A stretch of 64,000 nucleotides of DNA, taken from a virus. Positions 42,917 to 50,729 of this stretch are shown here, one piece after another (position 1 is the first letter of the stretch; every line of letters begins with the position of its first letter). The position numbers and the translations under genes are program-made. The DNA lies in the IMG/VR virus record IMGVR_UViG_3300045988_126112, positions 32,001 through 96,000 of that record; one strand, 5' to 3'. The notes under the pieces are model-generated. The model was not told the origin of the DNA. It searched no databases and saw nothing but the letters and a program-made list of their open reading frames with translations.

Positions 42917-44629
42917 ATGGGAATTTATTCAAATATTGTAAAGAAAGATAAACTAAGAGAAATACAAGGTCAAGTGCTAGAAGAAATTAGAGATGCATTA
43001 GTGCAATCATATGGTCCATATGGCTCAAATACTTTAATTTATAATGATAGTACTCTAAATAAATATACTAAGGATGGACATGAAATTCTTAGTGGTATTC
43101 AAATATTAAATGAAATTGAAGCTTCTGTACAAAGAGATTTAGTTCAAATCACTAATAATACAGTAAGAAAAGTTGGTGATGGTACTACAGCAGCTACAAT
43201 ACTATCTTCTATAATATTCAAAACATTTACAGAATTAGAAGGAAAATATACTCCATATAAATTAATGAGATTATTTGATAAAACTGTAAAAGAAATAACT
43301 AAAAATATTATGGAAAGAAATAGAGTTTTTGATTTTAATACTGCATATAAAATAGCTATGATATCTACTAATGGTAATGAAAAGATATCTAAAGAAATAG
43401 CTAGTATATATGAAAAATATGGTAATGAAGTATATATAGATGTAACTATAACTACTCAAGATAGAAATGTAGTAAAAGTATATGATGGTCTTTCTATGTC
43501 AGAAGGATTATACAATAGTGCATATATGAATATACCTAAAGAAAATAAAGCAGATATAAGAGATTGTCATGTATATTACTTTGATGATCCAGTAGATACA
43601 CCAGAAATGATGAGTCTATTAAATGCTATAATAGATAAAAACATATTCCAACCTGTAAAAGATAAAAGTAAAAAAATTATACCTACTGTTATATTAACTC
43701 CTCATATAAGTAGAGATATGAGTACTTATATAGAACAAGTTGAAGCAGTTATGACTAATTGTAAAGGTATGGATAAACCTCCACTTATAATAATAAATAA
43801 TATATTTAAAACTGGAAACGTTGAAGATATAATTAAAATGTGTGGTTGCCCACCAATTAAAAAATATATAAACGTTGAACAACAAAAAGAAGATATAAAA
43901 CAAGGAATTGCTCCAACTGTTAAAAATGTAGAAAGATTCTGTGGTTATTGTGATGAAGTAGTTGCTACTACAAAAGAAAGTAAATTCATAAATCCTAAGA
44001 ATATGGTAGTTAGAGATAAAGATGGAAATATAACAGGATATACAGATGAATATAAGAGTCTTTTAGATTTCTTAAAAACTGAATTAGAAAGATATAAAGA
44101 AGATGGAGAAGACGCAGCTAAAATAGGTGGTATGAGAAGAAGAATAAATGCATTAAAAGCTAATATGATTGAATATGTTATAGGTGGTATATCTATGGCT
44201 GATAGAGAAGCTTTAAAATGCTTAGTAGAAGATGCAGTATTAAACTGTCGTTCTGCTGCTGAACATGGTGTAGGATGGGGTGCTAACTTTGAAGGACTAA
44301 TAGCATCTAATAAAGTTAGAAAAGAAACTGAAGATGAAGATATAAAACTTATAGCTACAACTATATATGAATCTTACGTTGAATTGATAACTACATTATA
44401 CAAAACTATGAATCTTTCTGATGAAAAGATAGATTCAATTATAAAAGCAGAAGAACCATTTAATATGGTTACTGAAGAATATGATGGTAATGTATTATCT
44501 TCTATAATGCTAGACCCAGTTATATTAGATTCTATAAATAGATTGCTTACTTTATTATTTACTTGTAATCAATTTATCGTTGACGATCCACTTAAAAATG
44601 TATATAACAATCCTTCATATACTAAATAA
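42917..44629 (+). CDS. GroEL-like (group I-type) chaperonin
   Basis: YGPYGSNTLI...YTKDGHEIL...VRKVGDGTTAATILSSII parallels GroEL LGPKGRNVVL...ITKDGVSVA...AGDGTTTATVLAQAI. C-terminal VEDAVLNCRSAAEHGV parallels VEDALHATRAAVEEGV. Confidence 0.85.
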   Translation: MGIYSNIVKKDKLREIQGQVLEEIRDALVQSYGPYGSNTLIYNDSTLNKYTKDGHEILSGIQILNEIEASVQRDLVQITNNTVRKVGDGTTAATILSSIIFKTFTELEGKYTPYKLMRLFDKTVKEITKNIMERNRVFDFNTAYKIAMISTNGNEKISKEIASIYEKYGNEVYIDVTITTQDRNVVKVYDGLSMSEGLYNSAYMNIPKENKADIRDCHVYYFDDPVDTPEMMSLLNAIIDKNIFQPVKDKSKKIIPTVILTPHISRDMSTYIEQVEAVMTNCKGMDKPPLIIINNIFKTGNVEDIIKMCGCPPIKKYINVEQQKEDIKQGIAPTVKNVERFCGYCDEVVATTKESKFINPKNMVVRDKDGNITGYTDEYKSLLDFLKTELERYKEDGEDAAKIGGMRRRINALKANMIEYVIGGISMADREALKCLVEDAVLNCRSAAEHGVGWGANFEGLIASNKVRKETEDEDIKLIATTIYESYVELITTLYKTMNLSDEKIDSIIKAEEPFNMVTEEYDGNVLSSIMLDPVILDSINRLLTLLFTCNQFIVDDPLKNVYNNPSYTK

Positions 44630-44653
44630 TTAAAATACAAACAACATTTAATT

Positions 44654-44684
44654 AGTCGATAGTATTAATTTACTATCGACTTTA
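44654..44684 (+). terminator. Hairpin after the chaperonin gene (weak T tract)
   Basis: AGTCGATAGTA-TTAATT-TACTATCGACT followed by TTAGATGTT. Confidence 0.45.
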
Positions 44685-44709
44685 GATGTTACAGAAGGGG
44701 TGAAATATT

Positions 44710-45489
44710 ATGAATATGACATTCGATCAATATATTGCAAATCCAATGGGAAAAAAGAATGCAGTATTTAGTAATCGAGAAATGTTTAGAGCTATGTACA
44801 AGCAAAAACTTGATGTTTTATTAGTAAGAGAAGTGGGAAAAGTTAAATATGACTTATACACTTCAAAGAAAGGTAAATACTATATACACTTTAAAATACC
44901 ATCTGAAAAGATTAAAGGTATATATTATGATACAGTTATTGAATTCTATACTGATCAACATGCAGCTGAATTATCAAGAAGTTTAAATAATTATTATGTA
45001 AAATTCTATTCTAATGATCCTTCATTTGTGTTCACATTTGCTCATGCATTTAGAGCTAATGATATGCTTATAAAAGATTTAGAATGTAAAATGAGCAAGA
45101 AAGCTTTAAAAGAAGTTGCTAAAGAAAAGAATCCAAAGAATGAAGTAGGTTATGTAAAGTCTATATTCTTTGCATATCTATTAATGAAACAATATGGATT
45201 ATTTGAAAAAGTACAATTTAAATCATATGCTAAACAATATGATCCAAGAACTTTTAAAGACCAAATAACACATGCAGACCAAAAAATAGAAGAAAGAATA
45301 AATGCAACTGAAAAAGAAGCAAAAGAAAAAAGAGTAGAAAAACAAAAAGAGAGAGTAGCACAACAACAAAATAGACGTGAACAGAATCCCATGTTTATTA
45401 ACTCATCACCTAAAGTATCGTCAGTAAAAAAAGTAAATCGTATTGAGGCTACTAAAGGAAAGAAAGTTAAAAAAGTAAAAAAAATATAA
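44710..45489 (+). CDS. Hypothetical protein with a basic K-rich C-terminal tail (259 aa)
   Basis: AGAAGGGGTG SD. Tail is KGKKVKKVKKI. Confidence 0.8.
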   Translation: MNMTFDQYIANPMGKKNAVFSNREMFRAMYKQKLDVLLVREVGKVKYDLYTSKKGKYYIHFKIPSEKIKGIYYDTVIEFYTDQHAAELSRSLNNYYVKFYSNDPSFVFTFAHAFRANDMLIKDLECKMSKKALKEVAKEKNPKNEVGYVKSIFFAYLLMKQYGLFEKVQFKSYAKQYDPRTFKDQITHADQKIEERINATEKEAKEKRVEKQKERVAQQQNRREQNPMFINSSPKVSSVKKVNRIEATKGKKVKKVKKI

Positions 45490-45492
45490 TAA

Positions 45493-45510
45493 TCATATAT
45501 TATAATATTG
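45493..45510 (+). promoter_or_regulatory. Class-A phage promoter-like motif
   Basis: TCATATATTATAATATTG, upstream of 45525. Confidence 0.5.
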
Positions 45511-45524
45511 GGAGGATGATTAGT

Positions 45525-47042
45525 ATGGAAAAAGAAATAATACATTACATTTGTGAAAGACCAGAATTTATTCATGTTGATGAATGGGTTCCAAATGAAG
45601 AAGACAAAATACTTAATTGGATGAAAGACGAATTTGTAGTTCCTGTATCAAGTTTCTTAAATCAGGAACAAAATTTACAATTGGATTGTTTCAGTTTAAA
45701 GGTTAAAAAATCTTATAAGAGCGTAAAGGCAAAAGATCATTTTTGCCAATATTTAAATTACTTTGAAAAATTTTACGACAAAGACAAAGAACTAATATCA
45801 ATTTATTCTAGAATAAAATGTATGATAGACGGGTATAAAGATAAATATACTCCAGAGCTATTAAAGCAAGACATCAATAACTATTTGTTATCATATTCTA
45901 TGAAATGGAAAGTTAGAAGAATGAATAATGATAACTATATTCCTTTAGAAAAGAAATATAAGAATAGTAAAAAACCAGGGTTAGAATATAATGATATACA
46001 TTGTAAACTAATGCTGGAATTATCATTGTTCCAAATAATGATGATACCTATATTAACACATTACGCATATGTAAATAAAGTATTAGATATAACAAACTTC
46101 TTATTAGAATTCTATGATTTAATTCTTTATATGAAAAATGTTACTATAAATTTACCAAATAAATTTTACGAAACTGTAAAATCTAGTACTGAACACAGTA
46201 CTATAAATAACCCAATATGGGATAAACAAGATATAAGAGGATTAAATCCAACAACATTTGCAATAGAACATTCAAATTCTATAATATTGCAATTAATGCC
46301 AAAATATATTTATAGTTCAGCAGCTGTTGCATTAAACTTTAATTCTATAAAACAAAATATAGACCATCAAGTTATAGGTAATGAATATGAATTCGTATTT
46401 GTTAAACTTGATAATATAAAGAAAGATGAAGATTCAAATTCAGAATTTGATAAGTTTGAATCTTATACAGCAAAACAAGACGAATCATTGTATATTGAAT
46501 TAAATCATATAGCTAGGGAATCAATGAAAATGATTGAATTTAAATATGGTCCTTTTGACCAAGCTGAAATAGAATTCTATAAAAGAGAATTATTTGATGA
46601 TACAGATTGTATAAATAATTTTCAAAAGCATATAGTATTCAATTTGTTTTATCAAATATTTGGAGATACAGAAAGTATAAAAGCTATAAATAAAGATGAT
46701 TATATCAAACTTGTTATAGCAGCTAAAAGGATATTCCATAGTTATAAAATGGTTATAATGCCATATGTTGTATCAAGCAAAATAGTCAAATCTGTAAGCA
46801 GAAAGACTATAAATAAGAAAGAAGAGAAGAAGATTGATGATAGTGAAATATTTGAGTTATTAATGAAAAAATATAATAATAACCCTAAGGTTAAAGAACA
46901 TATCTTATCAATAATAGCAACAATATATTCATCTACTTTTAGAATGATAGATTATAATGATAGAAATATAAATGGTAAAATAATGCCATTGTTTATGGAA
47001 TTTATCAGTAAAGAAGTATGTGATTATGCAATGTTAACATAG
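45525..47042 (+). CDS. Hypothetical protein (505 aa)
   Basis: GGGAGGA lies 9 nt before the ATG at 45525 (track start 45516 abuts the SD); class-A motif upstream. Confidence 0.8.
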   Translation: MEKEIIHYICERPEFIHVDEWVPNEEDKILNWMKDEFVVPVSSFLNQEQNLQLDCFSLKVKKSYKSVKAKDHFCQYLNYFEKFYDKDKELISIYSRIKCMIDGYKDKYTPELLKQDINNYLLSYSMKWKVRRMNNDNYIPLEKKYKNSKKPGLEYNDIHCKLMLELSLFQIMMIPILTHYAYVNKVLDITNFLLEFYDLILYMKNVTINLPNKFYETVKSSTEHSTINNPIWDKQDIRGLNPTTFAIEHSNSIILQLMPKYIYSSAAVALNFNSIKQNIDHQVIGNEYEFVFVKLDNIKKDEDSNSEFDKFESYTAKQDESLYIELNHIARESMKMIEFKYGPFDQAEIEFYKRELFDDTDCINNFQKHIVFNLFYQIFGDTESIKAINKDDYIKLVIAAKRIFHSYKMVIMPYVVSSKIVKSVSRKTINKKEEKKIDDSEIFELLMKKYNNNPKVKEHILSIIATIYSSTFRMIDYNDRNINGKIMPLFMEFISKEVCDYAMLT

Positions 47043-47050
47043 GTTTTATC

Positions 47051-47086
47051 ATAGCTCTTAGCGTAACAGCTAAGAGCTATTTTTTT
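47051..47086 (+). terminator. Intrinsic terminator
   Basis: ATAGCTCTTAGC-GTAACA-GCTAAGAGCTAT followed by TTTTTT. Confidence 0.8.
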
Positions 47087-47098
47087 AGGAGGATTGTT

Positions 47099-48154
47099 AT
47101 GGAATTTAGAGAGAGAATGAAAGGATTATTATTACAACTTCCAGATGCTAAATTGGCATCTGGTGGTAACGAAGTAACTTTACGATGTAGATATTGTGGA
47201 GATAGTGAAAGAAATCATAGTGAAAGACATATGTATGTAAAATTACCAGATTATCAAACACCTATGCTTTATAATTGTTATAGAGCTAGATGTAAAGCTA
47301 AGGGTATAGTTACATATGACAAATTAATAGATTGGGGAGTTAAACTTACAGATGAAGATGTAAGAGAAATATTAATGTATAATAAGAAAGTTTTAAATAT
47401 GGATAATAATATCATATTTAGAGATAGAGAGATATATACATTGAATAATACTTTCATTGATAGTACAAAAAATTATCAAAACAAAATTGATTATATAAAT
47501 AATAGAATAGGTAGTAATTTTAATCATATGCAATTAAAACAATTAAAGATTAGTCTAGATATATTAGATACAATAAGAGAAAATAATCTTGGATTAAATG
47601 CAGAGTTATGGAAATTACAAAAAGTATCTGAAAATTTTATAGGATTCATAACTCAAGACAATGCATACGCTGTTTGTAGAAATATCAATTTCAATGAAAA
47701 CATAAAAGCACCTATGAACTTTAGGTACTATAAGTATAAAATACATGATATTTTAAATACAAACAGAAAGAGTTTTTATATTATACCTACAAGCGTTAAT
47801 ATAAATGAGAAAGTAAATATATTTCTTTCAGAAGGAACATTTGATATATTATCAGTATGGTATAATATAATACAAAATAAAGTACCAAATTCTATATTCT
47901 GTGCAGTATTAGGAAGTGGATATGAAGCTGCTATAAAATATTTAATCAGTAATCTAAAAATAATAAATGCTGAGATACATTTATATTTAGATAATGATAT
48001 GAATATAGGAGTATTAAGTAATCTCTTTATGAAATTAGAACCTTTTCATTACAATGTATTTATACATAGAAATGCATATGAAGGTGAAAAAGATTTTGGT
48101 GTTCCTAAAAAGAGAATAATTGATTATCAAGAACAAATAATGAAAGGGTGGTAA
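47099..48154 (+). CDS. DNA primase (zinc-ribbon plus TOPRIM)
   Basis: N-terminal CRYCGDS...H...CYRARC zinc ribbon. TOPRIM-like FLSEGTFDILSV with downstream YLDNDMNIG. Confidence 0.65.
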   Translation: MEFRERMKGLLLQLPDAKLASGGNEVTLRCRYCGDSERNHSERHMYVKLPDYQTPMLYNCYRARCKAKGIVTYDKLIDWGVKLTDEDVREILMYNKKVLNMDNNIIFRDREIYTLNNTFIDSTKNYQNKIDYINNRIGSNFNHMQLKQLKISLDILDTIRENNLGLNAELWKLQKVSENFIGFITQDNAYAVCRNINFNENIKAPMNFRYYKYKIHDILNTNRKSFYIIPTSVNINEKVNIFLSEGTFDILSVWYNIIQNKVPNSIFCAVLGSGYEAAIKYLISNLKIINAEIHLYLDNDMNIGVLSNLFMKLEPFHYNVFIHRNAYEGEKDFGVPKKRIIDYQEQIMKGW

Positions 48155-48155
48155 T

Positions 48156-48311
48156 ATGAAAACTTATCAAGTTTATACTTGGCTAGCTGTATTATGCTGG
48201 GTTATATTTTTAATATTGTGTACATTTAGAATAGGAAGAGCTAGAAATGCATTTATGGTTTTACTTGAAGCTATATTTTGTTTTGTGCTAGCAATAATTT
48301 TAAAACTATAA
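48156..48311 (+). CDS. Small two-TM membrane protein (51 aa), below the track cutoff
   Basis: AAAGGGTGG SD inside the primase stop region. Translation MKTYQVYTWLAVLCWVIFLILCTFRIGRARNAFMVLLEAIFCFVLAIILKL; terminator directly after it. Confidence 0.6.
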   Translation: MKTYQVYTWLAVLCWVIFLILCTFRIGRARNAFMVLLEAIFCFVLAIILKL

Positions 48312-48336
48312 TCAGGAGCAATCCTGATTATTTTTT
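48310..48336 (+). terminator. Intrinsic terminator
   Basis: AATCAGGA-GCAA-TCCTGATT followed by ATTTTTT. Confidence 0.75.
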
Positions 48337-48337
48337 G

Positions 48338-48350
48338 AACATTTTAGAAA
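48338..48350 (+). promoter_or_regulatory. Class-L (AACA-type) promoter-like motif
   Basis: AACATTTTAGAAA, 25 nt before the ATG at 48363. Confidence 0.2.
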
Positions 48351-48362
48351 GGAGGGATATAA

Positions 48363-49577
48363 ATGGCTGGTAAATTTATCAATACAACACAAAAAGTTAT
48401 AATTGATTCTTTAGTTGAATCTTATAAAGATAGACTTAAAAATCCTTATTATACTCAAACAGATAAGAAAGCTACTATAGTTACTTATTATAACATTAAT
48501 AAAGCTAAATCTACATTAGATGAAGGATTAAAAATAGAATATAGTAGACTTGGTAAAGATTCACCTTTAAGATTTAATAGAATACATAACTTTTTTATTT
48601 ATGGATTGGAAAAAATATCAACTCAATTAGAGAGTGGAGATTTTGGTATAGTAGCTTCAGATATAGAAGGAGAAGCTATAATATTACCTAATACTATTGA
48701 GCCTTTACCTAATGATTATTTTACTATCAATTATTTAAATGATACACTTTTATTTAAAGTAACTGGAGTAACATTTGATACTATAGAAAATGATGCTAAC
48801 TTCTGGAAAATAACTTATAAACTAGATAGAATGGAAGATACTGATATCTTAGACCAAATATCTGATGAGTTTGAAATGATAGTAAATAATGTAGGTACTC
48901 AATATAAATCTATAATAAGAAAAAAAGATTATGATTTTATAGATAAACTTGAAATTATAATAGATAGAATTAAAGAATATTATAATTCTTTATTCTATAA
49001 TGAAAGAGTACAAACGTATACATTCCAAAATTTAACGAAACGTTTCTATGATCCTTATATGATAGAATTCCTTATAAGGAATGATGTATTAACTAATGAT
49101 GGAAGAAAGTATATCTATATAGGACATCAAACAATATTATCAAATAAATTTGATATGGAATATGATAAAACTTTCTTTAGATTTTTAGAGATGCCTGATA
49201 TAACTGGAAGAAGACCTAGATATACATCTCAAGCAACTTATATAGATCAACTAATGTGTATATTCTCAGATAGACCTGAAGAATATTTTGAAGTACATTA
49301 TATTGATGATAAAAGTTTAGTTAATTATAGTGAATATATTATAGAAAACTTTTCACATGAATTAATTGACAATATATTTAGTAACAAAAAATTTGAAGGA
49401 AATGATTATAGAAATATAATCATCAAATATTTCTATAATGAAAAACTTAATGCTGATGATATTGACAGTCTTAATAATATTGATTTTGATGATACTATAG
49501 AATATTTTTATAATATTCCTGTATTATTATATACTTTAGACTCTAGTATAAAAGAATTACTAAAAACATATAAATAA
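48363..49577 (+). CDS. Hypothetical protein (404 aa)
   Basis: AAAGGAGGGA SD. Confidence 0.85.
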   Translation: MAGKFINTTQKVIIDSLVESYKDRLKNPYYTQTDKKATIVTYYNINKAKSTLDEGLKIEYSRLGKDSPLRFNRIHNFFIYGLEKISTQLESGDFGIVASDIEGEAIILPNTIEPLPNDYFTINYLNDTLLFKVTGVTFDTIENDANFWKITYKLDRMEDTDILDQISDEFEMIVNNVGTQYKSIIRKKDYDFIDKLEIIIDRIKEYYNSLFYNERVQTYTFQNLTKRFYDPYMIEFLIRNDVLTNDGRKYIYIGHQTILSNKFDMEYDKTFFRFLEMPDITGRRPRYTSQATYIDQLMCIFSDRPEEYFEVHYIDDKSLVNYSEYIIENFSHELIDNIFSNKKFEGNDYRNIIIKYFYNEKLNADDIDSLNNIDFDDTIEYFYNIPVLLYTLDSSIKELLKTYK

Positions 49578-49602
49578 AATTATACAAAAGGAGGAATTTA
49601 AT

Positions 49603-49890
49603 ATGCTTGGATTAGAATCAAGTTATTTAGAATCTTCAATATTTGGTTTAATAGCAGATCAAGATGAAGAGGATTTAAAATTTTATGACGAATCTATAGT
49701 AACATCTGTATTAGAAACAAATGATTGTGATGACATGATTATAGATTGTGATAAAGATGACGATGATGATGGATTTGATTTCGATACAAATTGGGATGAT
49801 GTTGAAGATATAGAAGATGAATTATTAGATGATATTGAATCAACACCAATATATGATGAATTTGATTCAGATTATCGCACTTACTATTAA
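49603..49890 (+). CDS. Highly acidic small protein (95 aa)
   Basis: AAAGGAGGA SD. Contains DCDKDDDDDGFDFDTNWDDVEDIEDELLDDIES. Confidence 0.8.
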   Translation: MLGLESSYLESSIFGLIADQDEEDLKFYDESIVTSVLETNDCDDMIIDCDKDDDDDGFDFDTNWDDVEDIEDELLDDIESTPIYDEFDSDYRTYY

Positions 49891-49903
49891 GGAGGATTAA
49901 GAA

Positions 49904-50380
49904 ATGAAAAAAAGAGTAAATGTAAAAATTAATGGTCCAATATATACTGTAAGACCTATAATACAAAGAAGTCTTATGAATGTAGAAATGACTGAAGGAG
50001 ATATAAGAAATTGTATATGCTCTAATGCTATGGTTGAAGAAATATTAGAAGATGGTAGTAGAGTTCCTTTAGGATTACACAACTATAATAAAGATAACAA
50101 TAAAAAGAAAAAACCTCAACCTACACCTGTAGTTCCTAAACCTCAACCTCAACCTAAGCCTCAACCTAAACCTGAGCCTAAAAAAGAAACTCCAGCTGTA
50201 AATGTAAAAATAAAAGAGGATAATAGACCTAAAGAAGAAGTTAAAAAAGTTGAACCACAAGTTCAAAAGAAACCATATGTAAAACCTGCTATGGAAATAA
50301 AAGAACAACCAGTTCAACCTAAAAAAGAAGAAGTAAAAGCTGAAGAAGTTAAAAAAGAAACTCAAGAAGAAAAAAAATAA
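49904..50380 (+). CDS. Protein with an N-terminal domain and a Pro/Lys/Glu-rich repeat tail (158 aa)
   Basis: TAAGGAGGA SD. Tail is PQPTPVVPKPQPQPKPQPKPEPKKE... Confidence 0.8.
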   Translation: MKKRVNVKINGPIYTVRPIIQRSLMNVEMTEGDIRNCICSNAMVEEILEDGSRVPLGLHNYNKDNNKKKKPQPTPVVPKPQPQPKPQPKPEPKKETPAVNVKIKEDNRPKEEVKKVEPQVQKKPYVKPAMEIKEQPVQPKKEEVKAEEVKKETQEEKK

Positions 50381-50405
50381 TTTTTGATTCATTCATAACA
50401 AGTGA

Positions 50406-50431
50406 GCTACAAGGATAGTTATCCTTGTAGC
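50406..50431. repeat. Near-perfect 26-bp palindrome / hairpin
   Basis: GCTACAAGGATA-GT-TATCCTTGTAGC with 12-bp arms. Confidence 0.9.
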
Positions 50432-50450
50432 CCTCAGCTTTGTTATTTGA

Positions 50451-50476
50451 CTATTGATATTAATTAATATCAATAG
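50451..50476. repeat. Perfect 26-bp palindrome
   Basis: CTATTGATATTAATTAATATCAATAG is identical to its reverse complement. Confidence 0.9.
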
Positions 50477-50607
50477 GGGAAATATTTAGATACAAATTGT
50501 ATCTATAATATTTAATACATATTATGCTCTTATTTAGAGCCCTCCTATTATTTTAAATACATAGTTCTTATTGCTTGATGGAAGATTATATTATACATTA
50601 TTAATTA

Positions 50608-50646
50608 TTAATCTTCCTCCCATCCCATAGTTTGGTTATCATCCAT
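50608..50646 (-). CDS. Candidate 12-codon micro-ORF (MDDNQTMGWEED)
   Basis: GAGGGGAGGTG lies 5 nt before the ATG on the minus strand, 50 nt downstream of a minus-strand class-A motif. Coding is unproven. Confidence 0.3.
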   Translation of the reverse strand: MDDNQTMGWEED

Positions 50647-50695
50647 GATATCACCTCCCCTCGTTGTTAATATACATTGAAGGAACTATGTATTA

Positions 50696-50713
50696 CATAA
50701 TTATAATATATAA
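50696..50713 (-). promoter_or_regulatory. Class-A phage promoter-like motif on the minus strand
   Basis: The minus strand reads TTATATATTATAATTATG. It lies just downstream of the beta-prime gene stop and points into the ORF-free island. Confidence 0.5.
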
Positions 50714-50729
50714 TTGAAAGAATTAAGTT

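Larger units (their letters stand above)
50381..50729 (-). ncRNA. Candidate structured non-coding / micro-ORF RNA locus (strand inferred from the promoter-like motif)
   Basis: No ORF of 60 aa or more and visibly higher GC. Five local hairpins: 50406..50431, 50451..50476, 50488..50504, 50526..50540, 50580..50617. A 12-bp long-range pairing joins 50556..50567 (AATACATAGTTC) to 50683..50694 (GAACTATGTATT). Three CCTCC (+) / GGAGG (-) motifs are present. See findings. Confidence 0.35.

Noticed and set aside
45525-47042. I considered calling this 505-aa ORF the missing beta-prime C-half because IRGLNPTTFAIEHSNS loosely resembles the bridge-helix consensus RKGLADTALKTANSGY.
   Set aside because: Only 4 of 16 positions match. 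No trigger-loop (GEPGTQ-like) or other beta-prime C-terminal motifs are visible. This is too weak to report as a feature and needs a profile search.
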